Shown: in pieces, positions 9,758-19,502 of the stretch | How positions within the stretch are numbered: the stretch's first letter is position 1 | How the letters are laid out: the number at the start of each line of letters is the position of its first letter | NCBI GenBank assembly: GCA_041661425.1 | Contig: JBAZUI010000002.1 | Coordinates: 38 to 64,037, forward strand | Source of the DNA: Patescibacteria group bacterium | GTDB lineage: Bacteria; Patescibacteriota; Patescibacteriia; UBA9934 | DNA length: 64,000 bases | Direction: 5' to 3' | The notes under the pieces: model-generated | The model's input: only the letters and a program-made list of their open reading frames with translations | What the model was told of the DNA's origin: nothing | The model's database searches: none | Made by a program: the position numbers and the translations under genes

Positions 9758-12322
9758 TTATTCACCCTTTTTCCACGGCTCCAATACCCCCCAATTTTCT
9801 CCAACTTCACAGTCGACAAGAAGTGGAACTTCTGACCTCCAAATTCCTTCCATGATCTTTTTTATTGGCGAAATAACTTTTTCGAGATCCTTATCGCGAA
9901 CCTCAAAGACGAGCTCATCGTGAACCTGTAAAAGAATTTTGATTTCAAATTCATGTTTTTCGATCCATTCACTCACTTCGATCATGGCCATCTTCACCAA
10001 ATCAGCTTGAGTTCCCTGAATCGGCATATTCACGGCCATGCGTTCAGCCGCAGCAACGAGCATTTGGATTCCAGAATCGATATCGGGCAGATATCGACGA
10101 CGCCCAAAAAGCGTTTCAACATATCCGTCTTCCCGCGCCTTCTTTTTCATCGATTCGATATAGGTGCCGATGGCGGGATGGAGCTCAAAGTAACGATCAA
10201 TGAATTCTTTAGCCTTTTCCATTGGAAAACCCGTGCTTCGTGCCAGGTGTCGCGGGCCCATTCCATAGAGAATACCAAAATTGATTGCCTTGGCCGCCTG
10301 ACGTTCCGCTTTGGTGATATCATCTTCACTTTTTCCTAAAATCGCTGCGGCAGTCACGCGATGAATGTCAGCACCTTTTTGAAAAGCCTCAATAAAACCC
10401 TTATCACCGGACATCGCCGCCGCCAATCGAAGCTCGAACTGAGAATAATCTATCGAGACAAGAACAGAGCCTTTTGGAGCAATAAAAGCCTTTCGAATCT
10501 CATTCCCAAGATCGGTCCGAATTGGAATATTCTGTAGATTCGGTTCAGATGACGAGAGACGCCCGGTTGAGGCGATTGTTTGATTATAGGTGGTGTGGAT
10601 GCGCCCATCATTTTTAACAAGAAGAGGCAATGCATCAACATAGGTTGATTTGAGTTTTGAAAACTCACGATACCTCTGAATTTTTTCAATGATCGGATGT
10701 TCATCAAAAAGCTTTTCGAGCTGTGGCGCCGCTGTTGAGAATCCCGTTTTTGTCTTTTGAATACCCTTTGTTGGCAATTTTAGATCGATGAATAAAACAT
10801 CGGCGAGTTGCGATGGGGAAGCGATATTAAATTCTCGATGTGAAAGTGAGAATATTTCTTTTTCAAGAATCTTGAGCTCTTTTTCAAATTCCTTTGACAA
10901 TTTTTCCAAGCGTTGTTCATCAATCATGATTCCAGCTTCTTCCATCCTCGCTAGAATTGCGATAAGTGGCATCTCGATGTGTGAAAAAAGATCCAACATC
11001 TTTTCCGTTTCCAATTCTTTCTTCATGGGGTTGTACATCTTCTCAATCGCGAGAACAGCGTGCACCGGCGAAACAAGTGGAAAATCCTTTGCATATTGTC
11101 TCCCGATCGTTTCGAGATCAAACACACGAGTCCCTGGAGACAAGAGATAGGCAGCAACCATCACATCAAAAAGTGGAGATTCAAAAACTCCCACAATATG
11201 CATGAACATCTTCAAATCATGTCCAATGACGCAAGGGACTTTTTCAATGAATGCTAAAATTTCCGCAAGTGTCTCCTTTGTTGGCGAAGAAAAAATCAAT
11301 AATCCAGTGCCATCAAAAAGGACCAATTCTCCAATAACCGATCCAAAAAGCGTTTGTTCTGGGATGGAATAACCGATAAATATCGGGCCATGCTTCAAAT
11401 CCTTTAAAGAAGAGTAAACTCGAGTTGAACAGGGGACAGAGGCATTCTCTTTTTTCTCGGTATCATATTTTGAAGCGAGTTTTCGGAAGCCGTATTTCTC
11501 GTACAGTGCTTTTACTTCATTCGAGGATATGGAATTTCGTTTCGCTTCATCCAAAGTCAATTCAAGAGGAACATTTTTCACGAGCTCGACAAGATGGTGC
11601 ATTTCTTTTGCTTGCTCTTCCTGACCTTCCAGTTTTTTGGCAATTGATGCGCGGATCTTCCCAGCCTTCAGAGCTTTAAAAATATCCGGAAGATGGCCGA
11701 ATTCGTTCAATAGTTCAACCGCGGTTTTCTTTCCAATTCCCGCAACACCTGGAAGATTATCAGAAGGATCGCCCATAAGAGCCTTATAATCAATCATTTG
11801 TTCCGGCGTGACACCAAATTTTTCTTTGACGGCTTTTGCGTCGTACTCTTTTGTTTCAGAAATCCCTTTCACAAAAGCGTGGACAGAAATCCGTTCATCA
11901 ATTAGTTGCATGGTATCGGCATCACCCGTGAGAATGATGATTTTTGCCTTTTTTTCATAGCTCTTTGCAAGTGTGGCGAGAATGTCATCAGCTTCGAAGC
12001 CTTCTTTTGACAGAGAAGGAATGCCGTAAGCGGTCAAAAGCCCCTGAATCATAGGAATTTGATCGTAGAGTTCCTGCTCTTTTTTTTCTCGTTGAGCCTT
12101 ATAGGCCTCGTACTCTTTATGTCGGAAGGTCTTCTCCTTGAGATCCCAGGCAACGGCAAGATAAGTGGGTTGATATTTCTCAATGGATTTTTCCAAAATA
12201 TTGGCAAAACCATAAACCGCATTCACCACAACTCCGTCAGGAGAGGTGAGAGGGGGAATGGCATGCCAGGCGCGATGTAAAAGCGCATTTCCATCAATAA
12301 TAAGAAAAATTTCGTCATTCAT
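9758..12322 (-). CDS. polA: DNA polymerase I
   Basis: IDGNALLHRA, EADD, DYSQFELR, AKAINFGILYG, LLQVHDEL. Confidence 0.97.
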   Translation of the reverse strand: MNDEIFLIIDGNALLHRAWHAIPPLTSPDGVVVNAVYGFANILEKSIEKYQPTYLAVAWDLKEKTFRHKEYEAYKAQREKKEQELYDQIPMIQGLLTAYGIPSLSKEGFEADDILATLAKSYEKKAKIIILTGDADTMQLIDERISVHAFVKGISETKEYDAKAVKEKFGVTPEQMIDYKALMGDPSDNLPGVAGIGKKTAVELLNEFGHLPDIFKALKAGKIRASIAKKLEGQEEQAKEMHHLVELVKNVPLELTLDEAKRNSISSNEVKALYEKYGFRKLASKYDTEKKENASVPCSTRVYSSLKDLKHGPIFIGYSIPEQTLFGSVIGELVLFDGTGLLIFSSPTKETLAEILAFIEKVPCVIGHDLKMFMHIVGVFESPLFDVMVAAYLLSPGTRVFDLETIGRQYAKDFPLVSPVHAVLAIEKMYNPMKKELETEKMLDLFSHIEMPLIAILARMEEAGIMIDEQRLEKLSKEFEKELKILEKEIFSLSHREFNIASPSQLADVLFIDLKLPTKGIQKTKTGFSTAAPQLEKLFDEHPIIEKIQRYREFSKLKSTYVDALPLLVKNDGRIHTTYNQTIASTGRLSSSEPNLQNIPIRTDLGNEIRKAFIAPKGSVLVSIDYSQFELRLAAAMSGDKGFIEAFQKGADIHRVTAAAILGKSEDDITKAERQAAKAINFGILYGMGPRHLARSTGFPMEKAKEFIDRYFELHPAIGTYIESMKKKAREDGYVETLFGRRRYLPDIDSGIQMLVAAAERMAVNMPIQGTQADLVKMAMIEVSEWIEKHEFEIKILLQVHDELVFEVRDKDLEKVISPIKKIMEGIWRSEVPLLVDCEVGENWGVLEPWKKGE

Positions 12323-12352
12323 ACGCCTGAATTGTATCCTCTATCCTCAAAT

Positions 12353-12381
12353 AAAAAAAGGCGCCCGAGAATCGGGCGCCC
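12353..12381 (-). terminator. Rho-independent terminator
   Basis: GGCGCCCGA-gaa-TCGGGCGCC with flanking A-run. Confidence 0.7.
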
Positions 12382-12391
12382 CTTAAAATCC

Positions 12392-13177
12392 CTATGGCTG
12401 GAATATCGTCTCTTCTTCGCCGTTAACACTTACCACAACCGAGTCAACCGTATCAAATTGCATGAGTGTTTTCTCAATTTGCGCGCGCATGGCTGTCACT
12501 CGACACGATCCACCGCTCCATTCATTGATATCTGGGCTTTCAAATTCGACGGTCGCAACTCCATTCTTCACCGAGACGGATTTGATCGTGGTGAAATTTG
12601 GAACGACGGTCGTTGCCCATTCTGATGTTGGGCCAGAGAGAAGCTCACTCAACGCTAATTCCGCAACATTTGTGGTATAGGCCATGGTTCGCTTTTCAAA
12701 ATCAACTGCCGAACAATCTCCGTACTCAGCTGCCGCCGCGTCCATAAAGTACACATCAACCGATGTTTTTTCGAGTGAATCAAGTTTTAAACTTCGAGTG
12801 ACAACGTCCTGTTGGCTTCCATCCATCGCGGAATAAGTGAAAACCTCGAGCGTAAAATTTTCATCCTCGAGGACCGGAAGAAAAATTCTTGCTTCGAAAT
12901 CGCCAAATTCACCCGTATCAGGGGCATTAGCAATCACATTGCCTTCAAGAACCGAGACTCCCGAATGATCAAGAATGCTCCACGAAACTACATTTTCAAA
13001 AACACGCGCACGCCCAGATAGTGTTAATGGGGAAGTTACAATCGAGCCATCGGCAGGGCTCTCGAGAACAATATTCGATTCCGGCTCCTCAGTATTGGGA
13101 TCATCTTGCGTTGAAAAAAATGAACAACCAGCACCCAAAAAAGTAAGGCCGAGAAGAAGAAAAAGGCATTTTTTCAT
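12392..13177 (-). CDS. Lipoprotein with Gmad2 Ig-like and GerMN domains
   Basis: FLGAGC lipobox; SPLTLSGRARVFE; ALSELLSGPT...GGSCRV..MRAQIEKTLMQF. Confidence 0.85.
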   Translation of the reverse strand: MKKCLFLLLGLTFLGAGCSFFSTQDDPNTEEPESNIVLESPADGSIVTSPLTLSGRARVFENVVSWSILDHSGVSVLEGNVIANAPDTGEFGDFEARIFLPVLEDENFTLEVFTYSAMDGSQQDVVTRSLKLDSLEKTSVDVYFMDAAAAEYGDCSAVDFEKRTMAYTTNVAELALSELLSGPTSEWATTVVPNFTTIKSVSVKNGVATVEFESPDINEWSGGSCRVTAMRAQIEKTLMQFDTVDSVVVSVNGEEETIFQP

Positions 13178-13187
13178 AGAATCGTTA

Positions 13188-13988
13188 TTATTTAATGGAA
13201 ACTTCTGTGCAATCGGTCATCATCTCCTTGAGGTATTCGAGCTCCTTGGCATCGTCACAGGAATATTCCCCTGATCCATTCCAGAAAATAATCCAAGAGG
13301 ACCCGTTATAATGGGCAAGAAATGCATCGACGGTGCGTTGATTGGATGCATCACTATACTCGATTTCACCACGAATATGTTGTTCATCCTGGTAGAGGAC
13401 ATCAACACTCGCATTCGTTGCATCGAAACCAAGGGCGAAACCAAGCGAACCGAGCAAACCGTCATCGTATTCGGTTTCAATTGAGAAATCCTCGTCACCG
13501 GTTCCGCATTGTGCCGCAAACGTTCCAGTTTCAGTCGTTGGATTTCCTTCTTCATCGAATGTGGGAATCAACCCCAAAAGACAAACCGTATTTTCGTTTC
13601 GATACGCTCGTATCGAGGAGAGATCCGAAACAAACGTATTATATCCATCAAGGGCGAATCCGTGACTCACAAGAAAAGCCTCTGCTGCCTCCACTTGTTC
13701 GGGAGCAACTCGCGCAACCTCGATTTCAACTCCAGCGACTTCAATTTCTCGATCGCGTCCAATGTGCCAAATAAAATCTCTTGCGATCAATGTACTTTCC
13801 ATATTGCCGGCAAGCATCAATCCCTCAATAAGACCCCCGGCATCGTGAGTTGCCGAATCCTCATAACGCCTCTGCAAATTCCACAAAAAGAGGACGGCTC
13901 CAATGGCAACAAGAAGAATGAATAACGATGAAAGATATTTCCACATATCTGTACTAGATAGAGTAACAAGTCCGCGTTTTTTTGCCAA
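13188..13988 (-). CDS. Membrane-anchored hypothetical protein
   Basis: 266-aa ORF, N-terminal TM, acidic extracytoplasmic part with Cys pairs. Confidence 0.65.
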   Translation of the reverse strand: MAKKRGLVTLSSTDMWKYLSSLFILLVAIGAVLFLWNLQRRYEDSATHDAGGLIEGLMLAGNMESTLIARDFIWHIGRDREIEVAGVEIEVARVAPEQVEAAEAFLVSHGFALDGYNTFVSDLSSIRAYRNENTVCLLGLIPTFDEEGNPTTETGTFAAQCGTGDEDFSIETEYDDGLLGSLGFALGFDATNASVDVLYQDEQHIRGEIEYSDASNQRTVDAFLAHYNGSSWIIFWNGSGEYSCDDAKELEYLKEMMTDCTEVSIK

Positions 13989-14014
13989 GAAAATTGGCCC
14001 CGAAGGGCCAATTT

Positions 14015-15049
14015 CTATTGCGCGATAAAGTTAATCGTCAATTCCGCGACACCGAGTTTCAACTCGGCATTCATATGTTTCGAGGCATTATCGTAATTAT
14101 TTGAACGATACACGCCATCACTAACTTCATGAAAATCTGAGATATTTTTTTCAGTTAACCCTGTGTCAAGATGTAACTCGACCCCGACATTCGCTGGAAT
14201 GCCAATAGAAATCTCACTCACTCCGGCATCAATTTCCATGGTTGCCCCATCAACAATATTCCCGACAACGATTTCAACCGATGAAGCGCCTGTGTCTAAA
14301 TCAAGGCTCTGAAGAATGATGGATTGCAGATCAAGATTAATCTCTGAAGCCCCGCTTTCAACCGTCAAATCCATTGGAAAATTCTCGGAAAGTGATAAAT
14401 CCATGTTATTAATCCAATTTCCGAATTGAATATTCGAATCGCCTTCCATATCAACGGTGATGTATTGAGTTCCATCCGAAGAAAGATTCGTCTCTGCTGA
14501 AAAATGAGTAAAATTCGATTCAAGATCGCCGGTTAGCATAGCAAAAGGCGTTGCAAGGAATGGATCACCGGAAAGATTGAGAGACCCCAATCCATGATGA
14601 ACGGTGATATCACCGCTTTGCGTAAAGGGGAATTGCTCAATAAGAAGGTTTGAGTTGTTGACCTCGTGATGTTCGCCAATGGCCACGGCTCCGAAAATCA
14701 CAACGGTAACGAGCCCTACAATCATGACACCAGTCGCAAAAAGAATTCGCATCCAACCTCGACCGGAAATGAGACTCAAGCCCGCAACAATAATGAGAAG
14801 TGGCCAGAGCTCGAAAAAATTTATTGAAAAATCCGGGAAGATTCCAAGATTCTTTCCAAGCCAAGCAAATCCGAAAAAGATAAAAAGAACTCCTAGAAAA
14901 ATAGCACCAAAATTGATGAATCGACGTTTTTCTTTCTTCTCTTCAGGCTCTGATGTCTTTGGAGAAACTGGGGGAGAAGTAAAACCATCATCAACTCGGT
15001 GCACAATGGTCTCGCGATCAGGATGAAGATTGTGTTCTGGAAGCTCCAT
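14015..15049 (-). CDS. LiaF/LiaI-like membrane protein with C-terminal beta-repeat (DUF5668/DUF2154-like)
   Basis: LWPLLIIVAGL TM motif; repeated L.L..GAS...I units; follows pspC-like gene. Confidence 0.7.
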   Translation of the reverse strand: MELPEHNLHPDRETIVHRVDDGFTSPPVSPKTSEPEEKKEKRRFINFGAIFLGVLFIFFGFAWLGKNLGIFPDFSINFFELWPLLIIVAGLSLISGRGWMRILFATGVMIVGLVTVVIFGAVAIGEHHEVNNSNLLIEQFPFTQSGDITVHHGLGSLNLSGDPFLATPFAMLTGDLESNFTHFSAETNLSSDGTQYITVDMEGDSNIQFGNWINNMDLSLSENFPMDLTVESGASEINLDLQSIILQSLDLDTGASSVEIVVGNIVDGATMEIDAGVSEISIGIPANVGVELHLDTGLTEKNISDFHEVSDGVYRSNNYDNASKHMNAELKLGVAELTINFIAQ

Positions 15050-15050
15050 A

Positions 15051-15479
15051 TTATCGATTTTTAATAATAAGGAACAAGCCACCAAGAATAATCAGTGATG
15101 GCCAAAAAAACTTTAAATAATCAGCGAAATGAAGCATTGGTGCGAAAAGACAGTAAAAACCAATGATAATAATGAGAACCGCAAGTGTTGTTCTATTATT
15201 TTCGAACCACGATGATTTCTCAATGGCCGAAGGCTGGGCGATAACCGGCAATGGTGTTTGAACAGCTTGTTTTACTTCTTCACTCGACTCCGCCTCTGGC
15301 ACAAGAAGAACTAAGGCAAAATAGGCAAGGAGACCAATGCCGTGGAGAAAAATTGCGACAATGAAGATAATACGAACAATTGTCGCATCGATGTGGAAAT
15401 ATTCGGCCAATCCTCCACAAACGCCAAATAGAATGCGATCCTTTTTTGAACGAGTGAGCTTTTTTGTTTCTTCTTGCAT
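15051..15479 (-). CDS. PspC-domain membrane protein
   Basis: LTRSKKDRILFGVCGGLAEYFHIDATIVR. Confidence 0.9.
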   Translation of the reverse strand: MQEETKKLTRSKKDRILFGVCGGLAEYFHIDATIVRIIFIVAIFLHGIGLLAYFALVLLVPEAESSEEVKQAVQTPLPVIAQPSAIEKSSWFENNRTTLAVLIIIIGFYCLFAPMLHFADYLKFFWPSLIILGGLFLIIKNR

Positions 15480-15541
15480 ACAAAATTAGATAGTCACTCC
15501 TATTTGTATCGAAGATTGCCTGTTTTGTAAAGGGAAAAACT

Positions 15542-16324
15542 CTATTTCTTGCGTAACCGAAGACCAACCGGGCAATGATCAGACCCGCGCACTTTTTGCC
15601 AAATAAAGGCCTCCTCAATCTGAGGGGCAAGAGCCTTATCGACCCAAAAATAATCTAAACGCCAACCAACATTGCGCAATCGTGCCCCGGAAACGACATC
15701 CCACCAGCTATATTCATTGGCGGCCTCCGGATGAAGGTATCGAAAAGAATCAACAAATCCATGTTCCTCGAGCTTATCGAGCCACTTACGCTCGATTGGC
15801 ATGAAACCCGAATTTTTCACGTTCTCTTTTGGGCGAGCAATATCAATTTCATGGTGCGCGGTATTCACATCACCGCAAAAAATCACCGGTTTCTTCTTGC
15901 GATAATCTTCAACGAGGTCCAAAAATCGATCATAAAACCTCATTTTATATTCCAAACGATCCTTACCGCGTCCACCATTCGGAAAATAAACATTAAAAAG
16001 ATAAAAATCATCATGCTCCGTAAGAATAATGCGACCTTCTTCATCGAGCAGTGGCTCACCGAACGTTGAGATAACCGCTTTCGGCTCATCTTTTACAAAT
16101 GTGGCAACTCCGCTATAGCCTTTTCGCTCGGGAAAACTCCAAATACCAAGATATCCTTCTGGATGGACTGCTTCCTCGGGGATTTGGGAAATTTGCGCCT
16201 TTGTTTCCTGAATACAAAGAACATCGGGCGATACTTCTTTGAGCCAAGAAAGAAACCCTTTTTTCAGAACCGCGCGAACTCCATTGACGTTCCAGGAGAG
16301 AAGCAATTGTGAATTCTTTAACAT
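15542..16324 (-). CDS. xth: Exodeoxyribonuclease III
   Basis: SWNVNG, CIQETK, GYSGVA, CGDVNTAH, GWRLDY, SDHCPV. Confidence 0.95.
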   Translation of the reverse strand: MLKNSQLLLSWNVNGVRAVLKKGFLSWLKEVSPDVLCIQETKAQISQIPEEAVHPEGYLGIWSFPERKGYSGVATFVKDEPKAVISTFGEPLLDEEGRIILTEHDDFYLFNVYFPNGGRGKDRLEYKMRFYDRFLDLVEDYRKKKPVIFCGDVNTAHHEIDIARPKENVKNSGFMPIERKWLDKLEEHGFVDSFRYLHPEAANEYSWWDVVSGARLRNVGWRLDYFWVDKALAPQIEEAFIWQKVRGSDHCPVGLRLRKK

Positions 16325-16416
16325 AGATATTCAAATTCTAGCACAATTGCATGAAGCACAAACAAAAAACCCTACTAAGTACAGTATGTGCAAGAAACGG
16401 GTGATGTATGGAAACG

Positions 16417-16541
16417 AAAAACCTCTTGTACTTTGTACGATACAAGGCGTGGGTGACAGTCGAGGAGACGTACCTTAATGGTACGTTGACGAAGACTGTC
16501 AGGACCCACAACGCAGTAGCGTGCAAGTACAAGAGGTTTTT
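16417..16541. repeat. Long palindromic structured element (copy A)
   Basis: 17-bp terminal inverted repeat AAAAACCTCTTGTACTT/AAGTACAAGAGGTTTTT; core shared with 63024-63144. Confidence 0.65.
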
Positions 16542-16542
16542 A

Positions 16543-16618
16543 TGGGGCGGCTAAAGGGAATCGAACCCTTATAGCTGGGACCACAACCCAGTGCACTAAC
16601 CATTATGCTATAGCCGCC
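16543..16618 (-). tRNA. tRNA-His(GTG)
   Basis: GGCGGCTATAGC...CTGGG-TT-GTG-GT-CCCAG...GGTTCGATTCC...CCCCA. Confidence 0.95.
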
Positions 16619-16669
16619 ATAATTTTGAGGACATGTCTTCCGAGACCCTGGCACAGCCCGAGCGAAGGC

Positions 16670-16746
16670 TGGTGCACCCGGCAGGACTTGAACCTGCAAC
16701 CTTGAGGTTAGAACCCTCCTGCTCTATCCAGTTGAGCTACGGGTGC
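16670..16746 (-). tRNA. tRNA-Arg(TCT)
   Basis: GCACCCGTAGCTCAA...GAGG-GT-TCT-AA-CCTC...GGTTCAAGTCC...GGGTGCACCA. Confidence 0.93.
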
Positions 16747-16792
16747 TCACGAATCGTTTGCGAAGAGATAATGCCACGAAAAATGGAATAAA

Positions 16793-17716
16793 TCAAGCCC
16801 CCTTCTTATCGTGAAATGTTTTGTGGACCCGGCGGAGTTCTTTATCAGTAATATGAGTATAAACCTGGGTCGTTGTGATGGATTCGTGACCTAGGAGTGC
16901 CTGAACCGATCGCAGGTCTGCTCCATTGCGCAATAAATCCGTGGCAAAGGTGTGGCGCAACACATGGGGAGTAATGCGCTTTGTAATCCCGGATTCCTTT
17001 GCATATCGATCAATGATACGTTGAATTGAACGAGGCGTAAGTGATTCGACAGCCCCACGGGAGCGTTTTGCCGGGTCATGACCAACAAAAATAAACGGTG
17101 ATGAGTCTTTCCGAGTCGAGAGATAGTCTCGAATGGCATTTCGAGCCTCAGGAGAAAGAAAAACAACACGATGTTTGCTTCCCTTACCTTTGATTGTGAA
17201 TTCCTCACGCTTCAAATTGATATTTTCCCTTTTTAGCGAGGCGAGCTCGGAAACTCGAAGACCCGCAGAAAAAAGCGTCTCGATAATGGCCAAATCACGC
17301 AAGCCAATCAATCCGCCTGTTGCTTTTGGTGCGTTCCTTAAAAGGTTCAATTCCTCGGGCTCCAAGAAGGCGATGGCACGCGTTCCTTGCTTTGCGAGTT
17401 CGATTTTACTTGCAGAAATCACGCGGATATCTTGTTTTGCGAGATATTTGAGGAATGCTCGAAGAGCAATTAAGTGATAATTCTGTGTGCTTTTCTTGAG
17501 ATTTGATCCATCGCGCCCATCAATTGATCGATTGAGATAGAGGCGATATTCATGGATCATTTCCGAGGTGATTTTTGAGGGATTTGGGAATTTGGCCCAT
17601 TCGGCAAATCGATGGAGATAAAAGGCGTAATTATTGATGGTTCGTGCTGATCGTCCACGCTCAACCTCAAGATATTCAAGAAATTTTTTAATAAGACTTT
17701 CAATCCGACTTGCCAT
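16793..17716 (-). CDS. XerC/XerD-family tyrosine recombinase
   Basis: GLRVSEL, KGKGSK, TPHVLRHTFATDLL, LLGH..ITTTQVYTH catalytic residues; N-terminal SAM-like domain. Confidence 0.92.
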   Translation of the reverse strand: MASRIESLIKKFLEYLEVERGRSARTINNYAFYLHRFAEWAKFPNPSKITSEMIHEYRLYLNRSIDGRDGSNLKKSTQNYHLIALRAFLKYLAKQDIRVISASKIELAKQGTRAIAFLEPEELNLLRNAPKATGGLIGLRDLAIIETLFSAGLRVSELASLKRENINLKREEFTIKGKGSKHRVVFLSPEARNAIRDYLSTRKDSSPFIFVGHDPAKRSRGAVESLTPRSIQRIIDRYAKESGITKRITPHVLRHTFATDLLRNGADLRSVQALLGHESITTTQVYTHITDKELRRVHKTFHDKKGA

Positions 17717-17760
17717 ATTCGAATATTATACGACACAAAGGCTGAAATGAGAATGAATTC

Positions 17761-17790
17761 TTGACAAATAGCCAAAAAACATGCTAATTT
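17761..17790 (+). promoter_or_regulatory. sigma70-type promoter of array unit 1 (repeated at 18346 and 18916)
   Basis: TTGACA-18-TAATTT with extended TGn. Confidence 0.7.
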
Positions 17791-17839
17791 CACCCGTCGT
17801 AGAAATCCTCATAACGAGGAAAAACGACAGGAGCTGACG

Positions 17840-18271
17840 ATGGCCAAGCAGACCCGCGAAGAGCGCCAGGAGCTGATGCGCAATTTCGATGACTTCGCCT
17901 ACTGGTTGCGAACGTCCATCCTTGCGGGAGCGGTCACGGCCGAAGACTTCGGTCGCATGATCGACGTACTCCTCCCCGTGACTAAGGCGAGATCGAGCCT
18001 CACCCTACGCATCGATGAGCTTGGGCTCTCGACGCGAACTCTGACCTGCCTGAAAAACAGGGGGGACATCGAGAACGTCGGGCAACTCCTCGAGATGACC
18101 GAAGGAGAGTTGCTGAAGACCAAGGGCTTCGGCAGGAAGTGCCTGAACGAGGTCAAGGAGATCCTCGCGGACATGGAGCTCACCTTCGGCATGATGGAGG
18201 CCAAGACCGAGGTTCCGGACTTCATGCGTGAGCGGCTCCTGTCCGAGGCCCGAAAGCTCAGCGAGCCCTAG
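17840..18271 (+). CDS. Stand-alone RNA polymerase alpha-CTD-domain protein, paralog 1
   Basis: IDELGLSTRTLTCLKN..IENVGQLLEMTEGELLKTKGFGRKCLNEVKEILADMEL matches the RpoA C-terminal domain; no alpha NTD; AGGAG SD. Confidence 0.85.
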   Translation: MAKQTREERQELMRNFDDFAYWLRTSILAGAVTAEDFGRMIDVLLPVTKARSSLTLRIDELGLSTRTLTCLKNRGDIENVGQLLEMTEGELLKTKGFGRKCLNEVKEILADMELTFGMMEAKTEVPDFMRERLLSEARKLSEP

Positions 18272-18424
18272 CCGAGCCTCGCACCCTTCTCATCGCGCCC
18301 CAGCGGAACTCCGCCGGGGCGTGAATTCGTATAAACAACATTTTCTTGACAAATAGCCAAAAATCATGCTAATTTTACCCGTCGTAGAAATCCTCATAAC
18401 GAGGAAAAACGACAGGAGCAGACC

Positions 18425-18841
18425 ATGGCCGAGATGACACGCGAAGAGCGCCAGGACCTGGTACACAAGTTCGACGATTTTTACTACTGGATCCGGACGC
18501 TCATTCTCACGGGAATGATCGGGCGTGAGACCGTCGATGGAATGATCAATGGCATCATCTCGATCGAGGCGGAAGCAGGGTTCATGAAGCGTTTTGACGA
18601 GCTCGAGCTCTCAGTACGCTCTCAGAACCTTCTGGCGAACGCTGAAATCCAGTATGTCTACCAGATCGTCTTGATGACCGAGAGAGATCTGATCATGACC
18701 AAGCTCGGTCGGAAGGGCATGAAGGAGATCATGGGGGTCGTCGCAGACATGGGACTCTCCATCATGTTCGATTGGTCCATGCCACACTTCGTCCGTCAAC
18801 AGCTCTGCTACTATATCCGGAAGCTTGTGGGCAAGCCCTAG
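18425..18841 (+). CDS. Stand-alone alpha-CTD-domain protein, paralog 2
   Basis: FDELELSVRSQNLLANAEIQYVYQIV.MTERDL...LGRKGMKEI. Confidence 0.85.
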   Translation: MAEMTREERQDLVHKFDDFYYWIRTLILTGMIGRETVDGMINGIISIEAEAGFMKRFDELELSVRSQNLLANAEIQYVYQIVLMTERDLIMTKLGRKGMKEIMGVVADMGLSIMFDWSMPHFVRQQLCYYIRKLVGKP

Positions 18842-18996
18842 TCCGAGCGTCGCCCCCCCCTCAACGCGCCCCAGCGGACTCCCGCGGGGCGTGAATTTGT
18901 TTAAACAACATTTTCTTGACAAATAGCCAAAAATCATGCTAATTTCACCCGTCGTAGAAATCCTCACGACGAGGACAATAACGACAGGAGCAGACC

Positions 18997-19428
18997 ATGA
19001 CCAAGCCGACCCGTGAAGAGTGTCAGGAGCTGGTGCGCAAGTTCGACGACTTCTCCCACTGGGTCCGTGCGCTCATCCTCGCGGGAGCGGTCACGAACGA
19101 AGACGTCGATCGCATGGTTGATGACTTCATGACGAGCACGCTCGACCCGCGCCTCACCATGCCCATTAGCGAGCTCAAGCTCTCCACCAAGAACCTGGTT
19201 AGCTTGCGGGACCGGAGGCGGGACATCCAGAACGTCGGACAGCTCATCACGAAGAGCGAAGAAGAACTCCTCATGTCCCGGAACTTCGGCCACACGGGTC
19301 AGAAGGAGGTCAAGGAGGTCCTCGCGGACATGGGGCTCTCGCTCGGCATGATGGACGTGGAGGTCGAGGTTCCAGGCTTCATCCGCGAGCGGATCCTGTC
19401 CGAGGCCCGAAAGCTCAGCGAGCCCTAG
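18997..19428 (+). CDS. Stand-alone alpha-CTD-domain protein, paralog 3
   Basis: ISELKLSTK...IQNVGQLITKSEEELLMSRNFGHTGQKEVKEVLADMGLSLGM. Confidence 0.85.
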   Translation: MTKPTREECQELVRKFDDFSHWVRALILAGAVTNEDVDRMVDDFMTSTLDPRLTMPISELKLSTKNLVSLRDRRRDIQNVGQLITKSEEELLMSRNFGHTGQKEVKEVLADMGLSLGMMDVEVEVPGFIRERILSEARKLSEP

Positions 19429-19502
19429 CCGAGCCTCGCACCCCTCTCATCGCGCCCCAGCGGAACTCCGCCGGGGCGTGAATTCGTATAAACAACATTT
19501 TC

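Noticed and set aside
17840-19428. Fragmented rpoA pseudogenes
   Set aside because: No alpha NTD remnants or rpsK/rplQ context; all three frames are intact with their own expression signals and a shared novel N-cap.
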